Source: Escherichia coli (GTDB lineage Bacteria; Pseudomonadota; Gammaproteobacteria; Enterobacterales; Enterobacteriaceae). Taken from it: a stretch of 64,000 bases of DNA. The position numbers and the translations under genes were made by a program. Each line of letters opens with the position of its first letter. Position 1 is the stretch's first letter. Below the pieces are notes generated by a model. That model was not told the origin of the DNA. It made no database searches and was given only the letters and a program-made list of their open reading frames with translations. The stretch is from assembly GCF_003334405.1 (NCBI RefSeq), contig NZ_QOWM01000004.1; one strand, 5' to 3'. Below, one piece after another: positions 12,828 to 24,954 of this stretch.

Positions 12828-14099
12828 ATGCAGTATAAAGATGAAAACGGCGTGAATGAACCGTCACGCCGACGTTTACTGAAAGTGATAGGTGCACTGG
12901 CGCTGGCGGGAAGTTGTCCGGTCGCTCATGCACAAAAAACGCAAAGTGCGCCGGGTACGCTTTCACCGGATGCTCGCAATGAGAAACAGCCGTTTTATGG
13001 TGAGCATCAGGCAGGGATCCTGACGCCACAACAGGCCGCAATGATGCTGGTGGCGTTTGATGTGCTTGCCAGCGATAAAGCCGATCTTGAGCGGTTGTTT
13101 CGCTTGTTGACTCAGCGTTTTGCTTTTCTGACTCAGGGCGGAGCAGCACCAGAAACGCCAAATCCGCGCCTGCCACCACTCGATTCCGGCATTCTTGGCG
13201 GCTACATTGCGCCCGATAATCTCACCATCACGTTATCGGTGGGTCACTCATTGTTTGATGAGCGCTTTGGCCTTGCGCCACAGATGCCAAAAAAGCTGCA
13301 GAAGATGACGCGTTTCCCCAACGACTCGCTGGATGCGGCGTTATGTCATGGTGATGTGTTGCTACAGATTTGCGCCAACACCCAGGACACGGTTATCCAT
13401 GCGCTGCGCGATATCATCAAACACACGCCGGATTTGCTCAGTGTGCGCTGGAAGCGGGAAGGGTTTATTTCCGATCACGCGGCGCGTAGTAAAGGCAAAG
13501 AGACGCCGATTAATTTGCTGGGTTTCAAAGACGGCACTGCCAATCCCGATAGCCAGAATGATAAGTTGATGCAAAAAGTGGTGTGGGTAACGGCAGATCA
13601 GCAGGAGCCTGCGTGGACAATCGGTGGCAGCTATCAGGCAGTACGCTTGATTCAGTTTCGAGTGGAATTTTGGGACAGAACGCCGCTGAAAGAACAGCAG
13701 ACGATTTTTGGCCGTGATAAGCAAACCGGTGCGCCGCTGGGAATGCAGCATGAGCATGATGTGCCTGATTACGCCAGCGACCCGGAAGGGAAGGTGATCG
13801 CGCTGGACAGCCATATCCGGCTGGCGAATCCCCGCACGGCGGAGAGTGAGTCCAGCCTGATGCTGCGTCGTGGCTACAGTTATTCACTGGGCGTCACCAA
13901 CTCCGGGCAACTGGATATGGGGTTGCTGTTTGTCTGCTACCAACACGATCTGGAAAAAGGCTTCCTGACAGTACAAAAAAGGCTCAATGGCGAAGCGCTG
14001 GAGGAATACGTTAAACCTATCGGCGGCGGTTATTTTTTTGCGCTGCCGGGGGTGAAGGACGCGAACGATTATTTCGGAAGCGCGTTATTGCGGGTTTAA
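12828..14099 (+). CDS. efeB: EfeB, Tat-exported dye-decolorizing (DyP) haem peroxidase / deferrochelatase
   Basis: ORF track 423 aa; twin-arginine motif SRRRLLK in N-terminus. Confidence 0.95.
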   Translation: MQYKDENGVNEPSRRRLLKVIGALALAGSCPVAHAQKTQSAPGTLSPDARNEKQPFYGEHQAGILTPQQAAMMLVAFDVLASDKADLERLFRLLTQRFAFLTQGGAAPETPNPRLPPLDSGILGGYIAPDNLTITLSVGHSLFDERFGLAPQMPKKLQKMTRFPNDSLDAALCHGDVLLQICANTQDTVIHALRDIIKHTPDLLSVRWKREGFISDHAARSKGKETPINLLGFKDGTANPDSQNDKLMQKVVWVTADQQEPAWTIGGSYQAVRLIQFRVEFWDRTPLKEQQTIFGRDKQTGAPLGMQHEHDVPDYASDPEGKVIALDSHIRLANPRTAESESSLMLRRGYSYSLGVTNSGQLDMGLLFVCYQHDLEKGFLTVQKRLNGEALEEYVKPIGGGYFFALPGVKDANDYFGSALLRV

Positions 14100-14104
14100 T
14101 GTTT

Positions 14105-14248
14105 TTAGGCGGATAAGGCATTTGTGCGCAGATGCCTGATGCGACGCTTGCGCGTCTTATCATGCCTACAATCAGTGCGGGTTTGGTAGGCTGGATAAGG
14201 CGTTCACGCCGCATCCGGCGATCGTGCACTGATGCCTGATGCAAATCC
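14105..14248. repeat. BIME / cluster of REP elements
   Basis: Three or more REP-like units (aggcggataaggc..., gcctgatgcgacgcttgcgcgtcttatcatgcctaca, ggctggataaggcgttcacgccgcatccggcg). Confidence 0.75.
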
Positions 14249-14267
14249 TGCTGAAAGCACACAGCTT

Positions 14268-14298
14268 TTTTCATCACTGTCATCACTCTGTCATCTTT
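14268..14298 (+). promoter_or_regulatory. Pho box (PhoB binding site) upstream of phoH
   Basis: Direct heptamer repeats tcatcaCTGTCATcactCTGTCATc matching the CTGTCAT-N4-CTGTCAT Pho box. Confidence 0.7.
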
Positions 14299-14443
14299 CC
14301 AGTAGAAACTAATGTCACTGAAATGGTGTTTTATAGTTAAATATAAGTAAATATATTGTTGCAATAAATGCGAGATCTGTTGTACTTATTAAGTAGCAGC
14401 GGAAGTTCCCGGCAGTGATAGTCAGTCACTATGGAGATCGCGG

Positions 14444-15508
14444 ATGGTAACGTCCTGTACTGGACATGTTTTAGATAATCAACGCGCCACCACTCGCGGA
14501 GTTTTCTCCTCCGGTAGTCATCTCGTCACTTTGCATTTTCAACCTCATCCTTTCTTTTCATGTGTTACCGACGCCGTAAACGGTGCGCGTAGCCGTTTTT
14601 CGGCATTTTATCCAAAAGCAAACTATGGCTTACAAGGAAGCCAACCCTCTGATGTTCGTGCGCATAATCGCGCTGCCAACGGCGCGTGTGATGAATACAA
14701 ACAACTCAAGGTGCTCTCCATGGGAAGACAAAAAGCAGTGATCAAAGCTCGTCGCGAGGCAAAACGTGTGCTGAGACGGGATTCGCGCAGCCATAAGCAG
14801 CGTGAAGAAGAATCGGTCACCTCGCTTGTGCAGATGGGCGGCGTAGAAGCCATTGGTATGGCCCGCGACAGTCGCGATACTTCGCCCATCCTCGCGCGAA
14901 ATGAAGCGCAATTGCACTATCTGAAGGCTATTGAGAGTAAGCAGCTGATATTCGCCACGGGCGAAGCCGGGTGCGGAAAAACCTGGATCAGCGCAGCAAA
15001 AGCGGCAGAGGCCCTGATACATAAGGATGTCGACAGGATTATCGTCACCCGTCCAGTTCTGCAAGCCGATGAAGATCTTGGCTTCTTACCTGGAGATATC
15101 GCAGAAAAGTTTGCTCCCTATTTTCGCCCGGTCTACGACGTGCTGGTCCGGCGCTTAGGGGCTTCCTTTATGCAGTACTGCCTGCGACCGGAAATAGGGA
15201 AGGTGGAAATTGCGCCGTTCGCCTATATGCGTGGACGTACCTTTGAAAATGCAGTCGTCATTCTTGACGAGGCGCAGAATGTGACTGCCGCGCAAATGAA
15301 AATGTTTTTAACCCGCCTCGGGGAGAACGTGACGGTTATCGTCAACGGTGATATCACGCAATGCGATTTGCCTCGCGGCGTGTGCTCCGGATTAAGTGAC
15401 GCGCTGGAACGTTTCGAAGAAGATGAAATGGTTGGGATCGTCCGGTTCGGTAAAGAGGACTGCGTACGTTCGGCACTTTGCCAACGTACGCTGCATGCCT
15501 ACAGTTAA
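14444..15508 (+). CDS. phoH: PhoH, phosphate-starvation-inducible ATPase (PhoH-like)
   Basis: ORF track 354 aa with Walker A GEAGCGKT. Confidence 0.93.
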   Translation: MVTSCTGHVLDNQRATTRGVFSSGSHLVTLHFQPHPFFSCVTDAVNGARSRFSAFYPKANYGLQGSQPSDVRAHNRAANGACDEYKQLKVLSMGRQKAVIKARREAKRVLRRDSRSHKQREEESVTSLVQMGGVEAIGMARDSRDTSPILARNEAQLHYLKAIESKQLIFATGEAGCGKTWISAAKAAEALIHKDVDRIIVTRPVLQADEDLGFLPGDIAEKFAPYFRPVYDVLVRRLGASFMQYCLRPEIGKVEIAPFAYMRGRTFENAVVILDEAQNVTAAQMKMFLTRLGENVTVIVNGDITQCDLPRGVCSGLSDALERFEEDEMVGIVRFGKEDCVRSALCQRTLHAYS

Positions 15509-15557
15509 GTGTGTTATCGGTGCAGAGCCCGGGCGAACCGGGCTTTGTTTTGGGTGT

Positions 15558-15971
15558 TTATGCCCGGACTAGCGCTTTTTCTGAAACAACCATTTTTATT
15601 TGCCCCTGGCTGGTGAAGTGTACGCTCATCCTGTGGCTTTTTTGTAGTTGCTGATAGAGCTCATCAGGTATTGCTAAGCTCTCTGCATATTCTTGCGGCG
15701 TATATTGGTAGGCTGCATGATGCTGCTGTTTTTGAAAACGCAGCTTATTGTACAGCGCCCAGACAATTAACACGACGGCATTCGCCACTGCCAGCAAAAA
15801 ATAGAACTGAAGTCGGCTTCTGGCCTCGCTTTGCCAGTAATAACCCGTCAGCAGATCCATGGCGAATAAGAATATGAACAACGCAAATAATGTCCACAAG
15901 ATGGTTGTGGCAACATAATCAACCAGTAAACGTACTGGTGATTGTCGGGTCGTAATAATTAAATTGTTCAT
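15558..15971 (-). CDS. pgaD: PgaD, PGA (poly-beta-1,6-GlcNAc) synthesis accessory membrane protein
   Basis: ORF track 137 aa [26 protein letters not shown]; last gene of pgaABCD. Confidence 0.93.
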
Positions 15972-15972
15972 A

Positions 15973-17298
15973 TTAACCTCTCAGAATCCCGCGATCGGGA
16001 CTTACCCAACGGGCGCGTTGCTTTTTAGGCATCAACATGACTCGTGTAAATGATACCAATGTCGTTGCCAGGCTCAGCATCCAGAAAATAACCGGGAACC
16101 AAATAATCCAGAAAAGCGATGAAGTCAGATTATGCTCATAGCGATTCTCGATCATCAGGCTGACAATAAATTGCAGTAAACATAACGTACACAATAATAT
16201 TCCGGCAGTATGTGTCGCAGCGATATGTGTCAATTCAATATTTAACGGTACACCGGCAAGTTGGACTGCGTAAATAATGAAACCGACCAGGCAGGTGAAG
16301 GCCCATATTGTCGTCAGGCAGTATTCAAAAAACAGCGGCCACATTCGAAAGTTTTCTTTGCGCCACAACCTTGTCATATTTTTGAGGAATACTTCTGCAC
16401 CGCCCTGAGCCCAGCGCAGGCGCTGTTTCCACAGCCCTTTTAACGTTTCAGGCATTAATATCCAGCACAGTGCCCGTGGCTCGTAAAAAATCGTCCACTG
16501 ATTCAACTGCAGCTTCCAGCTAATATCAATATCTTCGGTGATCATATCGTCACTCCAGTAACCCACTTCTGCCAGGGCGCTGCGACGAAATGCGGCAATA
16601 ACACCGGAAACGGTAAATACGTTTCCATAGATACGCTGGGTTCGCTTGATCAAACCAATAATTGAGGAATACTCGCCAACCTGAATTTTACCCACCAGGG
16701 TAGAACGTGTTCGAATACGAGGATTACCGGTTACGGCACCCACACGCGGGTTGTACAACATCGGTTCCACAATATATGCCGCCGCATCGCGGTCTAATAA
16801 CGCATCGCCATCAATGCACACCAGATATTCACTTTTCGCCGCGGCAGCTCCGGTTTTAAGCGCAATGGCTTTCCCCTGGTTTTGCGCCAGATGAATGACC
16901 CGCAAATGGGGAATTTGTGCAGCCATGCGATCCAGGATGGCACGGGTTTTATCTGTTGAACCGTCATTTACGGCAATAACTTCAATGTTCTCATAACGCT
17001 GTGCTAAAGCGGCGTGTATGGTTTCCTCAACGTTTTTCTCCTCATTAAAACAGGGAATGATAATGGAGATAGACGGATTATCTTTCAACTGGGGAGCTGG
17101 TGCGTTTTCTCCCCACGGCCAGTGGCGTTCACGATAGACCCAGAAATAGACGCCGCCAACAATCCACATAATGGACATAAAAAACGGCCAGAAGAAAACG
17201 AACCTCATCATCAGTTCACCAGAGTGAAAGTACGCTACGCATAGGGGTATGCATAACACCAGACATAATATAAAAAACGATACGATGCGATTAATCAT
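15973..17298 (-). CDS. pgaC: PgaC, GT2-family poly-beta-1,6-N-acetylglucosamine synthase
   Basis: ORF track 441 aa; glycosyltransferase family 2 motifs ([13 protein letters not shown]-like). Confidence 0.95.
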
Positions 17299-19309
17299 TT
17301 TTCGGATACCAGGCTGTTGAAAACTCAGGACGAATAAGGTCTATTTCAGGTTGGTTATGCAGAAAATTGTCGGGATAATAACCATAGTTTTTCACTCCAT
17401 TCAGTTGTAATAGGCTCATCCAGTGAGCGAGTTGTTGCGAAGAAATAGCCTGATGCTGACCATTTTTCTGCCAGTTTTGTGCCTGTAATTCTAAAATAGA
17501 TTTGTCTTTAGCCTGAGGGATGTTTTTAATTTGATTGGTCAATTGTATTAACCATTGGTCAGCCGATTTTTCTGCGACACCTTCCAGATAAGGCATAGCC
17601 ATAATAGCGGTCCAGTCATAGCTTTTTAGGAAATCAGCATAATTCTGTGCAAACCAGGCTTCACTTTCAGGTTGTATTACCGGAAGTGCAAAAATATTTC
17701 GTGCAGTTTTAATATGTGGACCGCGAATGGCTTTTACGCGCGCACTAAGTTCTAAAGTGAAGTCAGTTAACGCACGACTTTTAAAGCGGGCCCACTGTTT
17801 AAATTGCTCCGGGTTTTGTCGAATTTCGCTCAGACTCCCGCTAAAGCCTGCTTGCTGATAAGCCGTGATAGCCGGTGCACTGGCATCTTCATAATCTGAA
17901 AGCAAAGCATCATCGTGGAACAATATGCCATCAAAAGCAGCATGTCCGGCAAGATCTTCATATAACATGCCAACTTGTGCTCTGACTCTGTCATCGAAAG
18001 GAGAGAGACGGTGATATTGTTCAGGATGAATTTGTGCTTTTTTCTCCCCTGTTGGTAAGTATTTTACTCGCGTTAATGTGGGATCTAAATCCCAGCTTAA
18101 TACCGGCATCCACGCATAGATGTTTACACCTGAGCGGGTACGTAATTGCCAGGCAACCCGACTAAAAATATCTGCTTTCATTGGTAGCAAACGATTTGGA
18201 AACCAGACCTCTTTGACCAGCCCATCACCATCGGGATCAGCAAATGCCTGCAAATACACGGTTGATATTTGCATATCTTTCACCCGCTGAATTAGCACAT
18301 CAATATTGCGATCCATTTGCTGGAGGTTTTCGTCATAAACGTAATCAAGATCGATATGCATTATCCGTTGTGGTGATTTTTCCTGTACGGTAATAATTTG
18401 CTGGGCAAACTCTTTTAATGAGGGATTATTGGCGATTAATACCCGCGGAATGGAATCCAATTGCGACGCATTTGCCAAACCTGATTCAAGGGTGAAGAAC
18501 ATGTCATAACCGATTTTTTTTAATTCCTCTATCGCTATGCCATTCGCTTCGCCATAAGGCCAAACAAAAACGTGTGGATTTACCTCAACCTTTGTACGCA
18601 GGTATTCCGTCATTTTTACAGCATCCAGACGAATTCTTTCCCGGTATTCTGCTGCGGTTTCATACCGTGCGTGGTCAGTAAAATATGCACGATTTACATA
18701 TACAGGCAATAAGCTGCCGGTGGCATTAGCCTGAATACCGTAGTGAGAATTCCATGTATGAGAAGCGAGCTCAACGAGCCGGGAACGCGCAACTTCTCGC
18801 ACTTGTTGCCACGTGGCAAAATATTCTCGATCGACCAACTCATCGCCAAATTTTACTTGTTTATCCGCTGGCGTATCGACCCAACTGCCGACGGGGGCCC
18901 ATACAGCAGGCCACTGGAAGGCCTGAAGAATTGGGAAGACGCGGGTATAAAAACTCTGGTAGCCGTCATCAAAAGTCAGCACTACAGCTTTTTCCGGTAG
19001 CGGTTTTCCTCCTCGATGTGCTTCACGAATTTGAGCAATACTGACCGGTTGATAACCGTTCTCGCGCAGCCAGGCAAATTGTTCACGCAGTGCTGATGTC
19101 CGCACTGACATAAAACGCTGGTCGGCAGCTTCGTCTTCAACGTTATGCCATGAAATCGCTACAAAACCATTATGCGGCCACGGTTGCTCGGCGAGTAAAG
19201 ATTCGCGATCCTGTGGCGGTATAAATGATGTTCTTGACTGGCTAATGCACGCGGTGAGCATAATTATACTCACCAGCATCAGGAGATATTTATTTCCATT
19301 ACGTAACAT
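17291..19309 (-). CDS. pgaB: PgaB, PGA N-deacetylase / export lipoprotein
   Basis: ORF track 672 aa with lipoprotein signal (LTAC); overlaps pgaC start by 8 nt. Confidence 0.95.
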
Positions 19310-19317
19310 ATTTATCC

Positions 19318-21741
19318 TTAAAATCTGAATGTCATATCGAATTCAACGTATAAGTTGTGTTCTCTGTCACCGTCATAAGGTCGTTTTTCCCAGCGTAGCG
19401 TTGCGCCAGCATCAATCACGTCATTCCAACTAATGCGTTGCCCGTAGCCGAGTTGGGTGACGACATCCGTGCCATAATGTTTTTGCCAGGAGGCACCAAC
19501 ACCTGCGCTGAATATTTGCTCCCAGCTATTTTCATAGCTTCGCCATAACAAATGGCTTGCCTCAAATGCCGGAACAATATCGAACGTTTTTATAGGGTTG
19601 TAGTATGGGGTATCGTGTTCTGTATTTTGTTCGTAATACAGACTGGGTAGGAAATCGACAATCAAATATGGTGAAGACCAGATGCGTTCCTGACCCTCAA
19701 GTGAGACTTCATGACGCTGGTTACTGTCGGAAAAATCAGTGAAAGCCCAGGAGACACCGTACTTACGCCGCTCATTTTGATACCAGCGAACATAAGCCTG
19801 AGCACTGTTGCCTGTAACACCATTTTTCATTGCCCGTAATGGAACGCGGTGAGAGAGGCGTTCCAGTTGCGAACCAATACGCCAGTTATCATTAAAATCA
19901 TACCAGCCAGACAGGCGCGCGCCGGGTTTATGCTCATGATTGAAAACGCGTTCAGCGTACTCTGCCTCGAGCCAGATATTACGTGACCGCCACTCAACAC
20001 CCGCAAGCCAGTCGCGAACAATCCCTTTTCCTTCGCTAAATTGTCCATCGGCATAACCGAATCCAGCAAAACCGCGCCAGTTATCCTTCAGCGGTGGTGA
20101 ATAAACGATGGTGGTTAAGTCGACATCATGTTTACCACTATCCGGGCCTTCGGCATCAATTCCTGTTGAGCCAGCGATACGAAGCTCTGCAAGATTATGT
20201 ACATCAACCGCACGTTTTAATCGTACAACGCCGGGATCTTGCGGTTCACGTTCGACAACATCGTGCGTTAAGACAGCTGCCTGCTGCCATTCTTGTAACG
20301 TTAATGCTGTCCAGGCTTGTTCAACCTCCAGATTAATATTACGTGGCTCGATCACTTCTGCTTTTTTTAATTCATTTTCTGCTGCACGAGGCCAACCGCG
20401 GGCTTGTAACACACTCGCGTAATCAATGCGCAGTCCCTGATTTCCTGGTGCGTTATAAGCAAGCTCTCTGGCTGTCATTTCAGCCTGAGGAAGATCATTA
20501 CTATATTTTGCTACGGTTGAGAGAAACGAATGCCCCTGTAACCAGGTATCATTCGGGATGCTCGTAGGCGTGCCCATTAACCGAAGGAAAGGCGGCGAAG
20601 TATTAATGGTATGTTGGGTGACAGTTAGCGCGCCCGGATAATTTTCACTCTCCAGGTGGCTGTAAAAGAGATCCGCAAGTTCTTCATCGGATAAATCCGG
20701 GGCAATGGTCTCCTTGTGATAAAAGAGCTCGGTCATTATTGACTGTGCTTTTTTCGGCTGATGATCTTTGAGATAAGCCGATGCAACCCAATATTGCCCC
20801 CAGGGCGGAATAATTTGCCCCGTCTTTTTTAATCGCTGATAGTGAGAAATAACGTCTTTATAACGATCGCGAGTTAATAACGCGCCAAGATGATCAACCT
20901 GAATACGCTGGTACTGGGCAGTGCGGTCTGGGTTATCGTGCCACAGAATTTCTAATGCAGCGTATTGGGCGAGGGCGCGATCGGCAATGGCATAACGTTC
21001 ACTTTCACTGCGCGTAGGCATAAACGACAGTCTGACCAGTTCGGCATGAATATCAGCGCGAATATCTGGCGTTAAATTGGCATCGTCAATCGCGGCAGCA
21101 AGTTGATTATTACGTAATGCCTGCACGTATTCTGTGGGATATTGTTGCGTAGATGCATTTTCAGGTAATGACTCTGTCATCGCCCGTAATTCATCCTGAT
21201 GACGCCCCGCCAGTTTATAGATATAGGCTTCTGCGAGTAAATTGGCTTTGTCCGGTGCTCCAGAGTTAAGCTGCTTAAGTTTAACCAGCGCAGTATCATA
21301 GTGACCAGCATCTGCCAGGGTTAAAATTTGTCCCCGTTGATAATCCTTATTTTGCGGCTCCAGAGAGAGCGCCTTTTGCCACAGTGTAAGCGAGTTTTGC
21401 CATTGTTGCAGGTTACGATAAGCGACGGCGACAGCTGCATAACCACGCGCTGGTAATTGCTGATGACGGTAGCGGTTGTAAACGGTAATAACCTGTTTAT
21501 CTTGCCCGGCCCATAAGGCAATCTGTAACCAGTCAGCAATTTGGTTATTGCTGAGTGCTGATTTTAGTGCAAACCATGACAAAGCTGGCTGAGTATTACC
21601 CTTGCGAGCTTCAATAATCAATGCATCATAGGCGTTATTAACAGCACTCTTCGCCGCGGGACTCGCTGCTAAAAATGCGGCAGTAAGAAGTTTCAAAGCC
21701 CATTTGGTTTTCGGGCACCTTTTTCTGCTACTTGAATACAT
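19318..21741 (-). CDS. pgaA: PgaA, outer-membrane PGA export porin (TPR + beta-barrel)
   Basis: ORF track 807 aa MYSSSRKRCPKTKWALKLLTAAFLAASPAAKS. Confidence 0.95.
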   Translation of the reverse strand: MYSSSRKRCPKTKWALKLLTAAFLAASPAAKSAVNNAYDALIIEARKGNTQPALSWFALKSALSNNQIADWLQIALWAGQDKQVITVYNRYRHQQLPARGYAAVAVAYRNLQQWQNSLTLWQKALSLEPQNKDYQRGQILTLADAGHYDTALVKLKQLNSGAPDKANLLAEAYIYKLAGRHQDELRAMTESLPENASTQQYPTEYVQALRNNQLAAAIDDANLTPDIRADIHAELVRLSFMPTRSESERYAIADRALAQYAALEILWHDNPDRTAQYQRIQVDHLGALLTRDRYKDVISHYQRLKKTGQIIPPWGQYWVASAYLKDHQPKKAQSIMTELFYHKETIAPDLSDEELADLFYSHLESENYPGALTVTQHTINTSPPFLRLMGTPTSIPNDTWLQGHSFLSTVAKYSNDLPQAEMTARELAYNAPGNQGLRIDYASVLQARGWPRAAENELKKAEVIEPRNINLEVEQAWTALTLQEWQQAAVLTHDVVEREPQDPGVVRLKRAVDVHNLAELRIAGSTGIDAEGPDSGKHDVDLTTIVYSPPLKDNWRGFAGFGYADGQFSEGKGIVRDWLAGVEWRSRNIWLEAEYAERVFNHEHKPGARLSGWYDFNDNWRIGSQLERLSHRVPLRAMKNGVTGNSAQAYVRWYQNERRKYGVSWAFTDFSDSNQRHEVSLEGQERIWSSPYLIVDFLPSLYYEQNTEHDTPYYNPIKTFDIVPAFEASHLLWRSYENSWEQIFSAGVGASWQKHYGTDVVTQLGYGQRISWNDVIDAGATLRWEKRPYDGDREHNLYVEFDMTFRF

Positions 21742-21980
21742 CCTGTATTACTCCATGTATTGCCAAAATCTCTCTCTGTATCTAATTACAGGTAACTGAA
21801 AAGAAAGATATTTTTGCACCTCATAATCCGTTATTAAACGCGGAAGAGAGACGTGAATTGTTGATGATGAGAAGAAGAAATGATGAGCAGAGTGTCCATA
21901 TAAAATCCTTTTCTCGCCCGAAAATCCATTCCAATGATGAGGATCTTCAGGAATACGGCATAAATCCCAATGCCTTTTTC
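21742..21980 (-). promoter_or_regulatory. pgaA 5' leader region (site of CsrA-mediated translational repression)
   Basis: Long untranslated region upstream of pgaA with multiple GGA motifs on the transcribed strand; extent approximate. Confidence 0.5.
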
Positions 21981-22327
21981 AAAATAAATTAGGATTAAAA
22001 TAATTAAATCAGTAAATTCCGATGCATGATTTCGGATTTTTCGAAAGTCCTGATGAAAGGCTGCGCTACGGCACTCACGGATTTAATTGTTATTCCTAAT
22101 GTATCTATGAATTAATGTTTTATAAGGATTTTCTATAACCATTTATAAGTATTTTCAAGCCTGGCTTGTTGCAAACAATGTATAAAGCACTTAGGCAATA
22201 ATAATTACATTCAGCAACTATCATCATCGGTATTGTTTGTGGGCGGAATTTCATATTGACAACAGTACAGTTCTTATATCTATTAATAATAGAAAGGGAT
22301 CTACAACCTACAGATTGGTGTAGCTTT

Positions 22328-23686
22328 ATGGAAAAAGACTATTTGAGAATTAGTAGTACTGTATTAGTGAGCTTATTGTTTGGGCTTGCTTTGGTTTTGG
22401 TGAATAGTTGGTTTAATCAGCCAGGCGTTGAGGAAGTTGTTCCACGATCAACCTATCTGATGGTAATGATTGCTTTATTTTTTATCGATACTGTTGCATT
22501 TATTTTTATGCAGTTGTATTTCATTTATGACCGTAGGCAATTTTCAAACTGTGTACTTAGTTTGGCTTTTCTGAGTTGTTTGATTTACTTTGTTATAACC
22601 GTCATTATCATTCAGCAAATTATTGAGGAGCGTTTGACAAGCAGTGTTGTCCAAAATGACATTGCAATCTATTATTTGTTTCGTCAGATGAGTTTGTGCA
22701 TATTAATATTTCTGGCATTGGTGAATAAAGTTAGTGAAAACACAAAACAGCGCAATTTATTTTCCAAAAAAATGACTTTGTGCATAAGTTTGTTTTTTGT
22801 TTTTGGGGGGCCGATAGTTGCTCACATACTTTCTAGTCATTATGAGAGCTACAATTTACACATTGCCGAGTTAACCAATGAAAATGGTCAGGTGGTTTGG
22901 AAAGCCTCATATGTTACCATAATGATTTTCATGTGGTTAACCTTGCTTTCGGTTAATCTATACTTTAATGGTTTACGCTATGATATCTGGAATGGAGTGA
23001 CGGTGATTGCTTTTTGTGCCGTACTGTACAATATCTCTCTGTTATTTATGAGCAGGTATAGCGTGTCCACTTGGTATATTAGTCGCACTATTGAAGTAGT
23101 CAGTAAGTTAACCGTTATGGTAATATTTATGTGCCATATATTCAGTGCGCTACGAGTAACAAAGAACATTGCACATCGCGATCCCTTAACCAATATATTT
23201 AACAGAAATTATTTTTTTAATGAACTGACAGTTCAATCAGCATCAGCCCAAAAAACGCCTTATTGCGTCATGATTATGGATATCGACCACTTCAAAAAAG
23301 TCAACGACACCTGGGGGCATCCGGTTGGCGATCAGGTGATAAAAACAGTGGTGAATATCATTGGGAAAAGCATACGACCAGATGACCTTTTAGCGCGCGT
23401 CGGCGGCGAAGAGTTTGGCGTCTTGCTGACGGACATCGATACTGAACGTGCGAAAGCTTTAGCGGAAAGGATTCGGGAAAATGTTGAGCGTTTAACTGGC
23501 GATAATCCTGAATACGCTATACCACAAAAAGTGACGATTAGTATTGGCGCTGTTGTGACTCAGGAAAATGCGTTAAACCCAAATGAGATCTATCGACTGG
23601 CTGATAACGCACTTTACGAGGCGAAAGAGACCGGGCGTAATAAGGTGGTTGTGAGGGATGTGGTGAATTTTTGTGAGTCACCATAA
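22328..23686 (+). CDS. dgcT: DgcT (YcdT), membrane-anchored GGDEF diguanylate cyclase
   Basis: ORF track 22256..23686; start trimmed to MEKDYLRISSTVLV (452 aa); C-terminal GGEEF motif (RVGGEEFGVLL). Confidence 0.93.
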   Translation: MEKDYLRISSTVLVSLLFGLALVLVNSWFNQPGVEEVVPRSTYLMVMIALFFIDTVAFIFMQLYFIYDRRQFSNCVLSLAFLSCLIYFVITVIIIQQIIEERLTSSVVQNDIAIYYLFRQMSLCILIFLALVNKVSENTKQRNLFSKKMTLCISLFFVFGGPIVAHILSSHYESYNLHIAELTNENGQVVWKASYVTIMIFMWLTLLSVNLYFNGLRYDIWNGVTVIAFCAVLYNISLLFMSRYSVSTWYISRTIEVVSKLTVMVIFMCHIFSALRVTKNIAHRDPLTNIFNRNYFFNELTVQSASAQKTPYCVMIMDIDHFKKVNDTWGHPVGDQVIKTVVNIIGKSIRPDDLLARVGGEEFGVLLTDIDTERAKALAERIRENVERLTGDNPEYAIPQKVTISIGAVVTQENALNPNEIYRLADNALYEAKETGRNKVVVRDVVNFCESP

Positions 23687-23726
23687 AGCGGCATTTTGAT
23701 CCTACCCACGTAATATGGACACAGGC

Positions 23727-24593
23727 CTAAGCGAGGTTCTTGTTTTCAAATTGTTCCGGACTGAGGCCGCCACACCAACTGTGCCGCCGCCACCGATTGT
23801 AATCACATTCGATATAATTAAACACCGTTGCCCGCATTATTTCCCGGCTGATAAAGTGTTCTCCATGGATACATTCCACTTTCAGCGAATGAAAGAAGCT
23901 TTCCACGCAGGCATTATCGTAGCAGCAACCTTTTGCGCTCATACTTCCACGCAGATTATGCCGCTTCAGTTGCGCCTGATAATCTGCTGAACAGTACTGG
24001 CCTCCACGGTCCGTGTGAACGATAACGTTCCGGGGCCTCTTACGCCGCCACAGCGCCATCTGCAGGGCATCGCAGGCCAGTTGCGCCGTCATGCGTGGCG
24101 ACATTGACCAGCCAATAACGGCACGTGACCACAGGTCAATGACCACTGCCAGATACAGCCAGCCTTCATCTGTACGTAAGTACGTGATGTCTCCTGCCCA
24201 CTTCTGGTTCGGGCCACTGGCGTAAAAATCCTGCTCCAACAGATTTTCTGACACAGGCAGGCCGTGTGCGCGGTAGCTGACCGGGCTGAACTTCCGGGAG
24301 GCCTTTGCCCTCAGTCCCTGACGGCGCAGGCTTGCCGCCACGGTTTTTACGTTAAAGGGGTAACCCTGAGCACGCAGTTCATCCGTCAGGCGTGGGGCAC
24401 CGTAACGCTGTTTTGACCGGGTAAAAGCCGCGAGGACAACGCTGTCGCAGTGTTGGCGGAACTGCTGACGCGTGCTTATCCTTGTCCGCCGCTGACACCA
24501 CGTATACCAGCCGCTGCGGGCCACCCGGAGCACGCGGCACATTGCTTTGATGCTGAACTCAGCCTGATGTTTTTCAATAAAGACATACTTCAT
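23727..24593 (-). CDS. insF: IS3 OrfB (InsF) transposase, DDE catalytic domain
   Basis: ORF track 288 aa [32 protein letters not shown]; overlaps orfA (ATGA). Confidence 0.95.
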
Positions 24594-24889
24594 TTCAGGC
24601 GCTTCGCGAAGTATGTCGCGGCCTTTTGGAGGATAGCCAGCTCTTCATCCCGTTCTGCCAGCTGGCGTTTGAGACGTGCAATCTCGGTAGACATCTCCAG
24701 TTCACGTTCAGAAGACGTCTGCTGATTTTGCTGTTTACTGCGCCAGTTGTAGAGTTGTGATTCATACAGGCTGAGTTCACGGGCTGCGGCAGTAACACCG
24801 ATGCGTTCAGCAAGCTTCAGGGCTTCACTGCGAAATTCAGGCGAATGCTGTTTACGGGGTTTTTTACTGGTTGATACTGTTTTTGTCAT
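24590..24889 (-). CDS. insE: IS3 OrfA (InsE), HTH DNA-binding transposase subunit
   Basis: ORF track 24590..24898 (GTG-extended); ATG gives [31 protein letters not shown] (99 aa). Confidence 0.93.
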
Positions 24890-24954
24890 GTGAGTCACCT
24901 CTGACTGAGAGTTTACTCACTTAGCCGCGTGTCCACTATTGCTGGGTAAGATCA

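Larger units (their letters stand above)
23697..24954 (-). mobile_element. IS3 insertion sequence (1258 bp) with terminal inverted repeats
   Basis: Ends tgatcctacccacgtaatatggacac (23697) and, on reverse strand at 24954, tgatcttacccagcaatagtggacac; contains orfA/orfB with A-AAA-G slippery motif near 24620; flanks ttt / gtg do not form a 3-bp target duplication. Confidence 0.95.

Noticed and set aside
14017-14364. 115-aa reverse-strand ORF between efeB and phoH
   Set aside because: It overlaps the REP/BIME cluster and the Pho box; the translation is low-complexity and arginine-rich, typical of REP artefacts.
22256-22327. N-terminal extension of the dgcT ORF (track start at 22256)
   Set aside because: The upstream in-frame start lies in AT-rich promoter sequence; the MEKDYLRISS start at 22328 gives the expected 452-aa GGDEF protein.
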